DNA of 60,237 nucleotides, counting the filler, from Bipalium vagum (lineage: Eukaryota): NCBI GenBank assembly GCA_037834085.1. It is 3 parts of 3 records of this genome, joined end to end, with 100 filler letters (N's around TTAATTAATTAA, not from the genome) between each part and the next. Parts side by side here need not be neighbours in the genome. Positions count along the whole stretch, not along the records: positions 42,846 to 60,237 come from JBBMKC010068673.1; 2 more parts are not named here. The stretch is one strand, 5' to 3'. The position numbers and the translations under genes are program-made. Positions 51,801 through 60,237 of this stretch are shown here, one piece after another. How positions within the stretch are numbered: the first letter of the stretch is position 1; each line of letters begins with the position of its first letter. Under the pieces are notes generated by a model. The model was not told the DNA's origin. It made no database searches and saw only the letters and a list, made by a program, of their open reading frames with translations.

Positions 51801-54800
51801 TTATAAATTAACCACAAATAAATTTTAAATTATGTAATGATTTTTAAAATTTTAATTTCCATTATATATTTTATTCTTTTATACTAATCATCATTTTATT
51901 AAGTTTTATTATTATTACTATTTAACAATAATGTAAAAATAAAATTTGATATTAATAATATCAAAAAATAGTATAAAAATTATATTAATAATGTACGTAA
52001 TTAATATCATTATCATAATATTATAATTTTTATAACAAAAAACTTTTATAAAAATTTAAAATATTATAAAAATTGTTGAGTATTGATGAAAATCTGTTTA
52101 TTTTTTTAAAATATAATTATTATCAAGTTGAGAAATAATTAAAATTGAAATCTTATTTTAGTATTACTTAAGTCATAAAAATAATAAAACGTGAAATTGA
52201 ATAAGAGTGAAAACGTCATAAACTAAAACCGTGGCCGTCTCATCGTACACGAGAACATGGCATCTCCCCACCCTTAATTGGAGAGACTTTGCAAGCTTAA
52301 TTTACCAAGCTCGTCGTTCAGACGCATAATTCTGAATTTGCGTGACGAAAATAGAAATATTTTATTTATTCCTTTATATCAACTGAATGAAGAATGTCTG
52401 CCAAGTCATTACATTTAATCTCAAGTCAATTTAGGAAAGTTACACATTTTTTCCATTTAGTTATGTTATAATAATAAATATCAAAATAATATTATTTAAT
52501 ACTATTATTTATACTTAATATAACACTGATATTATGTATATAATATTATTTATTATATTACTTATTTATTTATTTTAATCTTGTGAACAACATCATTTAT
52601 TTTTTAAATAAACGAATTTTGATAATTGAAACCAAACTTTTTCTAAACATTTATTATGATGATGCATGTTTCGAACTTTTATCAGTCATTTATATTTACA
52701 ACTGAGTATTATGAGGTAACGCACTGTCTCCTGTATGTATAGGATATTACACCCATTTAAATTGGTATACGATATTAGCTTGCAATAATACAGGTGTTGG
52801 CGTTTTAATTTTTAAATAACTTCGTTTTTGCTGTCATTGAAATTACGTTTAGATCTTCCTGCTCAACAGTATTTTCTATTATGTTCTTGAATGCTCTTAG
52901 CTCTTTTGAAAAATGGTATTTTAAGTGCAAACTTGAACTCTCATTTCTATTTTCACTTTTCCTTACATCTTTTTTTCCGGATATTAATCTGCTAATTTTT
53001 GAATTGATGATCCTTTCTATCTTTCTATCTGGATATTCTTTCTTTTTTCAACCTTTCTTTAATAATATCCATATCCTTATAAATCTCTTTATAGTCTGAT
53101 GCTAAAGACCGAACTCCTTTTATTAATTCACTTTTATATTCTTCTTCACAGAAACTATTGCTTGACGTATATAGTCCTGTATCCAGCTCTTTTCTAATTA
53201 TATTGATCTTTAATTTGTTATTCAATTTCTCTTTTTTAACAATAAAGTTAAAAATGGCAGTATTTCAATTCATTCTCCATCGTAAAATTAATATTTCTTT
53301 GTAACCTGTTCACGTATTTTAAAAAGAGATCGATGTGATTTTCACTTTCGAATATTAAAAACACATCATGAACGTAGCTTTTACAACCCAGTGATTAACT
53401 TCCTGATAATTTTCGATTTTCATTTCTAAGTAGTTCATGAATATTGATGATAATGTTGGTCCCAATGGTGACCCATATATACTCCAATTGCTTCCTTGGA
53501 CCATTCGTTGTTGAATATAAAAGATACATTTCTTGAACTAAATTCTAATAACTGTCGTAGAGCTATGTTAAACATGATTTATTTATATCCTCTATCATTC
53601 TACAATTCAATGTACAGATCAATTGTTTCTAAAATACGTACATTGGTGAAAAGACTAGATACATCAAATGATACCAAATATTCATTTTTTGATTTTTTCT
53701 GATACAATTTAATGAAATTGTAAATTTCAAATGTATCTTTTACTTCATATTAGGTTTTCTTCAATGGTTTTTTCAATTCATATAACACTTTTGTAACTTT
53801 ATATTGGGCACAATTTATCTTTGAGAGTAGTGGTCTTAGTGTTCGATTTTCTTCATGGATCTTTGGTGAGCTATATAACTTAGTTGGTTGTGCTCCTTGA
53901 TTAATTAATCTATTTATTAAACGTTGATATTTTATGTTCTCATTCTTATCCAATTTTTACAACAATTTATTGATTAATTGTTCGTCTTTAATATAGATTG
54001 GTATGCGGCTGCTTTTAATTTTTAATTTTATAAATTTATCACAACTCAGTATGCTATTAACTTCATCTATGAGTTTATATTGTTAATTATTATATAAATA
54101 TTATTATAAATCAATGTTGATTTATTTTGTTTATTATTATCATTATCAATTACTAATACATTTTTTAATAATAATTTATATATATTTTTTAAAAATAAAT
54201 GTTACTTTTTGTAAATTCTTATTTTTATTTTTAATAATATTTGATGAGTTATAATTAAGGTTAGTATTATATATACATAGAAAATAATTTATTAAAATAA
54301 GTTCATGTAAAATAATAAATATAAATATATTTAATTATTTTAAGAACTTATAATAAAATTTGGTAATATTAATTCTATTTTTAATTATTCTTATTCTTAT
54401 TTAATTGTTTTCATAACTTTTAATTATTCATTGATGTGAATTGATTTGGTAAAGTTTAATTCATGAATAAATTACAAAGGTAAAATAATTTAAAAATTAA
54501 GAGTTAAATTAGAGTTATTAATAAAAAAATTCTATAAAAATTCTTAATAAAGCAAAAAGAATAACGTTAACAAAAATACATACCAAATTTAAAAAAATTA
54601 ATAATGCTAATAATAAATATTAATATTAATATATTAATTAAAAATTTAAATATTTTTTATTTATTTATAAATAAGTCATTCCTTTTAAATAATTTAAAAT
54701 TATCTATACATTAAATTAATAAAAATATTGTATTCTGCTGAAAAGTTTTTTAAAAAATTTTCAATATTGATGATAATTAACTAATTTTAAAAGTTAAAGA

Positions 54801-57481
54801 AAATTTAAATATATTTTTTATTATTTATTTTAAAAAAATAATAAATATTGATAATTTCAAATATTCGTACTAATTAATTTATTTATAATAAAGAATATTT
54901 TGAATTTTACATTAAGCACTATTTCAAATATTATTTAAATGTTTTTTTAACTTTTATAGACATAAAAGACAATTTTAACAATATTTTTTTCTTTGATCTT
55001 TATCTCAAAAATTTAATTTTTATTTCCTGTTCCAAAATTTAAATTTTATTTTAAGAAAGGAAAGTTTTATGAAATATTAAAATTTAAATTATGATGATTT
55101 TTAATAGATAAATTTATCTTATTTAAAATCATTTTTATAATATTAAAACTATTCAAAGAAAAAATTGAAATTCAGGAAATAAAATGATAATAAATTTAAA
55201 TAAATAATATTCCAATTTATTTTTACATGTTATTAAAGAGAATTTTTAAAGAATGATTGGATAAAAATATTAAATGATAATTATAAATAATAATAATAAT
55301 AATAATAATAAAATAATATTATTATTAAAATAATAATAACAATAATAATATTGTAATTCAATCTTTGATGAATAATAAATTATATATTAATTATTAGATT
55401 AGTAAGTTTCCGCCTAGTTAGGACAATGATAACAGTAATTAGTTATTTTTCTTTAATAAATATCTTTTAATATTTTGACAAATTAATCATTAAATCTAGG
55501 TATTGTCTTTGTTTTAAAATAATTAATAATAAAATAAAATTTCAATTAACAGATGGATTTTAAGAGTATATCTTCACATCAGAAATGTGTTGCTCTAGGA
55601 GTTTCGTAGCTAATCAACCACTTTGGATATCTATTCCCTCAATACCTCTGCAGTATATCTATATGGTGCATCTAAAAAAGGGAGTTCTCGAATAAATTGT
55701 TCCCTTTAGAGGAACAAAAAATTTCGATCTTGAGGATCTACTAAAGTCAGATCATCCTGAATAATTTGACGACGATCCTTAAGACAATTAATCAACTGTA
55801 TTCGAAGATGATGACTCATGAATTTTGATAAATTCTTAGCAAGCATCACTCAACAGTCTTAACCCATATGAAGTCTATTGGGAATTCTTTTTTCATTCTG
55901 TTTTAGTTCCGCACAAACTTTCACAACATAACCTGTTGCATAGAAATACCATGTCGTCTTCTTTAATACTTGCAAGACAAAAATTGTCCATTTTTAGGTT
56001 GTGCGCTGAAATTTATTCTCTATATCAAAGACCATTTAAGAAAGTAATTTAATGCGCCTGGAAGGACATACATGGTGTCATATACTATAAATATACTATA
56101 AATATGCAACAAATAGTTACTATTTGAGATAGGTATTGATTAGGAAATGCTCGGCTCTGCTAAATAGAAAAGAAATCATACTTCTTAAAGAAAATACCAG
56201 ACTGCATGTGGCTAAAAATAACTCATGAAAAAATTAATATATTAATCTATGAACTCCTTCCACATTTACCATTCAGTCTTGAAATTGCTCCCTCAAACTT
56301 CCATTTATTTATATCGGTGCAACATTTCCTGAAAAGCAAGAAATCAAAGATAGGATTTCTATCAAAGAGATGAGAAGTTAATCAGAGCTGGTATTTGGTG
56401 TGAACCCCAAAGATTGGAGAAGATCATCAATAAAGATGGAAATTTTTTTATTGAAAAATCTTTTTTAAAAATGAAGTTTCATTTTGATTATTAAATTATG
56501 AAAAACACTCGGCGGAAACATTCCCACGAACCTCATCAAATATATTTGGTTGTTCAATACGTCATTGCGTTATATTTAATAGATTTAGCTTTTTTAGTAT
56601 CAATATATGTCGTCATATACCATAATTTAAAATTGATCGGTTATTTACATTAAAAACAAAATTGTGAGTACAGCTTGATCTTCTTTTTTTGAAACTGTTC
56701 GTATTTTTATTTTTTCAAAAATGAAGGAGTTTGATGAGCATTTGCAGAATATTTGTTCGTTCACTTCAAAAAATGGAAAGAGACGACTGAGGCCAGAAAC
56801 AAATAGTGAAAGTTTTTGGCATAGATTTGATAAAAGAAAGCCGATATGTATTTATATTTAATTATTCCTCATTAATATATATAAAAAATAATAAATTCAA
56901 TTAATTTTAAGAGCTTACCAAAATTGGATCATAAATGATTTGAGAATATTGGTATTCTTCGACCTCTCTAAATCCAGTATTACAGAATCCGTCCACAGGG
57001 TAAAATCTCTGACTTTTGAGGCACTGGAGCTCCTATCAACATCCCATTTGATCTTTTCAACGAGATCTTCTCTGATAATTTTCTAAATCAGGACACAAAT
57101 ACTTTCCTTTCGACGACCTAAAATTTTAACTCTTACTCGGTCTTTTATTCTGAAGTGCACTCTTTGAATGCAATCGTCCTTCATTATTTCTATTGACTTT
57201 CCACCTTTTTTAAAATGCCTAAATCCCGCCTTATGTTGCGGAGTGACATCTTCTTCTGATAATGTAGACAGAAGCTTGGGATCCAGATCGTTGAATCTCA
57301 TTATAATAGAAACATATTTGTAACCGATGTCGTAAATTTTTTCCTTGATTAAAGCAAACTTTTGCAACTGTCTCGTTTTCATATATGGTAAAGCATTTTT
57401 ACAAGAATTGAGAAATCCGTTTTCTTCGTCTTGGTTAGTCGTAAATGTTGTCAAAGAAGAAAGGTTTGGAATCACATCTTT
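43559..57481 (-). CDS. ITPR: Inositol 1,4,5-trisphosphate receptor-like Ca2+ channel, internal exons 57481-57137, 57082-56919, 46966-46850, 43854-43559 (pre-TM linker, TM1, TM2)
   Basis: Exons join in phase: IYDIGYKYVSIIMRF...KSIEIMKDDCIQRVHFRIKDR|KIIREDLVEKIKWDVDRSSSASKVRDF...QF|WYLWNYLPILLSLALNIMMLVTF...|DPYP..ICIAGAHTLFSFILLITYVLIS. This matches the IP3R/RyR pattern IEI..D...E.v.F....L....K......DR....K..DF followed by TM1 (xxxLNxxx) and TM2. Both gene ends lie outside the block. Confidence 0.8.
44215..46691 (+). mobile_element. Tc1/mariner-superfamily TIR pair enclosing several decayed DUF4817-type transposase pieces
   Basis: TIRs CAGGGTGTGTAAAAAGTAAGTATCTGATTTT / AAAATCGGACACTTACTTTTTAAAAACCCTG; N-terminal relics at ~44390 (DERIRIVLLMA) and ~45500 (MFSIEESVQIVLLLAK); extra TIR-like end at ~45920. 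Confidence 0.65.
49540..52160. repeat. Degenerate AT-rich tandem array (unit roughly 0.4-0.55 kb) interrupted by a mariner
   Basis: Recurrent blocks: AATAATGATAAAATTAATTAAATGAAAA (~49550, ~51705), TATTAAGAAAAATAATTAT (~49854, ~51451), AATTGAAATCTTATTTT (~51675, ~52143). Confidence 0.6.
50078..51308 (-). mobile_element. Decayed mariner with both TIRs
   Basis: TIRs TATAGGAGCCGACAAAA / TTTTTGTCGGTCCCATATA; relics IIQYDNARRH, PYSLD and ITVIDGK. Confidence 0.75.
52650..54075 (-). mobile_element. Penelope-like retroelement relic (RT + GIY-YIG endonuclease)
   Basis: PTKLYSSPKIHEENRTLRPLLS..QYKVTKVL, EYLVSFDVSSLFTNV, GVYMG-PLGPTL, SYVHDVF (decayed YVDD), DTGLY and ANIVYQFK, with many stops and frameshifts. 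Confidence 0.88.
55395..56535 (+). mobile_element. Decayed mariner
   Basis: FDLEDLLKSDHP and YELLPHLPFSLEIAPSNFHLFISVQHFL relics; inverted ends ..GTTTCCGCCTAGT / ACTCGGCGGAAAC.. Confidence 0.75.
56545..56850 (+). mobile_element. Mariner 5' fragment
   Basis: TIR-like TTGGTTGTTCAATACGTCATTGCG and a decayed transposase start MKEFDEHLQNI..FHFKKWKETTEARNK. Confidence 0.55.
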
Positions 57482-57997
57482 CTGAAATATTTATGATATT
57501 TAACTCATAAAAATATTCAAACTTGTTTTTATTATATATTTTCTCTATTTAAACAATAAAAAAATAATTTATTATTTTAATTTTTGAGCAAGTTTTTTTT
57601 TAAAGAAAAGTAAAATTGTTAATCTATGACAAAATACAATAATATTAAAATATAATTACAGTTATACAGAGTGAACCATCTTTTTGTCACCATATTTTTC
57701 GATATCATTCACCTGTGACTGTAATTGCAAAAAGTAAAGACCGATTATCTCAGATGTTACGTCACACTAAGCTATAACCTTCAGTGATTGCAAATCATGT
57801 GGGTGGATCAACATTGGATCCTTGTTATCCAAAAATTTTGTACTTGGCTTATTGGCTTAGTCTATCAGGTGTTATCTCCAATATTTTATATATTCTCTTT
57901 GTGATAAAATAATGGAACACTTTTTTTAAAAATTGAATTCGATAATTTTTATCCTTTGCTTTAACATATATTTTTCCATATTACATTTCCAATAATA

Positions 57998-59277
57998 CAG
58001 TGCGTGTAAAAAGTCTGTTCACCCACTAAAAAGATACAACTTTTAATTGAAAAGAATATTTTAAACAATAAAATTTATAAAATATACTATTCTTAATATT
58101 AAATAGGATATTCATTTGATTTCTTGACCAATTATAATCTTTTGGGCATCGAGAACAAAATTTTCTGGCATAGATTATGAGAAAGGCTGTACCATTTGTT
58201 TAGGACCTCATTCCATAATTCTTGAGCAGAATTGTGTTTCATTAGTCTTAGTCGCCGTTTAAGGATACTCCAGATATTGTTCTATTGGATTCAGATCAGG
58301 AGAATTAACTGACCCAGGAAAAACTTCAATATTTATATTTTATAGGAAAGCCTGGGTACTGTTGGCCATGGTGTGGAGCCAAATCATTTTGATAAACGAA
58401 TGCTACTTTTGAAAAGACTAACTCTGTCTATATCATATAGTATATCTTTTTGATATCTCTCGAAATTCATGTCCATTGAGTGTTTTCAGAAGTCCAACTC
58501 CATTACTGTTGAAGCAGCCCCAGAATTTTTATCCCATAACTAGTTGGATAAAAGCAGGGTTGCACTTTTCCAATGTGGTTCATCGATTCAATAATTTATT
58601 TGATGACGGATATGACTGAAAAAAACACTCGTTACTGAATACCACATCTCCCCATTTAAATGCATCCCAAAAACTGTAGGTTTTGACCCAGGAAATTCTT
58701 TTGAGACCTTGATGCATTTTCAAATACAGCTTCTTAATTGCTGCATAAGTTCGAAAACGTACTTGTTCAGAATTTTCTGGACGGTGCTGACAGAACTGGT
58801 ATTGTACATACGATTAATATTATGAACAACTATTAAACGGCTGGCTTTGCAAATAGATCGTGAAGCTTAGGGTGAAACAATAGTTTGTCTGCCATTTCTC
58901 ATCTTATCTCGCAGGAATCTTGTTGACAGATATTTCTTCAAAACATATTACATGCCGCGTTTTGTCACAGTCTTGTACTTTTCAAGTAATTCACAAGCTA
59001 TTTCTGTCCAAGATTTTCCATTGTTCCGTAATATAACGATTACATTTCTTTGAAATTCTGTTAAATGTTTAGACATTATACTACTCTAAAACCACGTAAT
59101 TAAACATTATTTTACATATATCATTTAAAAATATAGTATAATAACTTACATTATTTAAATAATTAAATTATAATAATAATAATTAAATCAATTTAAACAA
59201 CTATTTTTAACTAAATCGAAATATATATCAAAATTTGTATTTTTTGTAGGGGGTGAACAGACTTTTTACGCCCACTG
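57998..59277 (-). mobile_element. Tc1-family transposon, decayed, both TIRs intact
   Basis: TIRs CAGTGCGTGTAAAAAGTCTGTTCACCC / GGGTGAACAGACTTTTTACGCCCACTG with TA flanks; MSKHLTEFQRNVIV, VFSNECFF, FWGCF and SVNSPDLNPIEQ motifs. Confidence 0.9.
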
Positions 59278-60176
59278 TAATTAAAGTTTATAAATATCTA
59301 AAAAAATCAATTATCCAATTAAGCATTACTCAATTTCTAAATTAGAAAGAGACTTATGTCACCTGGAGAATAAAACAATAATAATATGTTAAATATATAC
59401 TTTATTTCCACTTCACTTTCATATTTAGGTTGCATGACGCAACAAGGGAACTTGGAAATTCTTTTTTATATTAAAATGTTATTATTGTATTTTTTCATTT
59501 AAATTTTTTTATTCAGAATAAATTATTTCTATTGACAAAGATTTTACATTTTATCAGTATAAGCTTAATTATCAATCGATCAAGAAATGTATTAGTTTTT
59601 AATTGGGAGAACATTTACAACACAAGTAGTATTTCATTGAATTCTAATCTCGTTTATCAATTAGTACGGGATTCAAGCACAATTGCTGAACTTCTCAACA
59701 ATTTTTAAACGATTCAAAATGATTTTATGATCGTGTCTTCGGCAAATCTAATGAAGTTTGACTGGAAATTGATTGAATACCTTATCGGAAAATATCATCA
59801 TTCAATACAGTTAAGGCTTTCATCTTAGTTATTCTTTCAAATCAAAATTACCTTTAAAAATTTTAGTCACAACCGTACTGTTGATATTCCTCTTAAACGG
59901 GAAGATCATGTATTACCAAAAATGTATCTGTGTAAAATTTATAATTTTAAACTAGAAATTTTAAATTTATCAGAATAGATTTCACGAATTTTTAAAAACA
60001 AGTACTTTTATAAATTCAAATATTTGCAAATTACTGATATTAATTAAACAAACTTAAAAATACGATGTTAAAATACGCAATCCCTTATTCCTAAACCTGT
60101 TAGATTCCAGGTTGGGGTGGCTCTATGATATGAGTAAAACTCATTGTGTTACTGAAATGAATGTACAGGGTTATTC

Positions 60177-60237
60177 CTTAATATATTTAAAAGTATAACT
60201 TAATATATTTAAAAGTATAACTTAATATATTTAAAAG
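60177..60237. repeat. 22-bp tandem repeat running off the window end
   Basis: CTTAATATATTTAAAAGTATAA at 60177 and 60199, partial at 60221. Confidence 0.9.

Noticed and set aside
52223-52327. Small ORF on the minus strand in the GC island
   Set aside because: The frame from ATG 52327 stops after 17 codons.

Overview
A very AT-rich eukaryotic (animal, probably invertebrate) genomic window, not prokaryotic: spliceosomal GT-AG genes with a class of minimal 43-54 nt introns plus multi-kb introns filled with decayed Tc1/mariner elements. Two 100-nt spacers (44 N + TTAATTAATTAA + 44 N, at 25830-25929 and 42746-42845) are artificial joins, so the window is best read as three blocks. Block 1 holds a two-exon TNFAIP8/TIPE-family gene (+) convergent with the 3' part of a single-pass membrane receptor gene (-; tentatively Ihog/Boc/Cdon-like). 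Block 2 holds an apparently complete gene (-) for a signal peptide + two kringles + several divergent phase-1 modules, with either a hydrophobic terminal exon or a further Ig-like exon, then a small virus-like (Polinton/adintovirus-type) relic and a large exon of an IQSEC/BRAG ArfGEF (+). Block 3 holds channel-proximal exons of a divergent inositol 1,4,5-trisphosphate receptor (-) and a decayed Penelope-like retroelement with a hammerhead-like relic. About 20 DNA-transposon copies or MITEs, some nested, are also present. Gene models were built by hand from splice signals and phase; family calls come from recognised motifs, not database searches.
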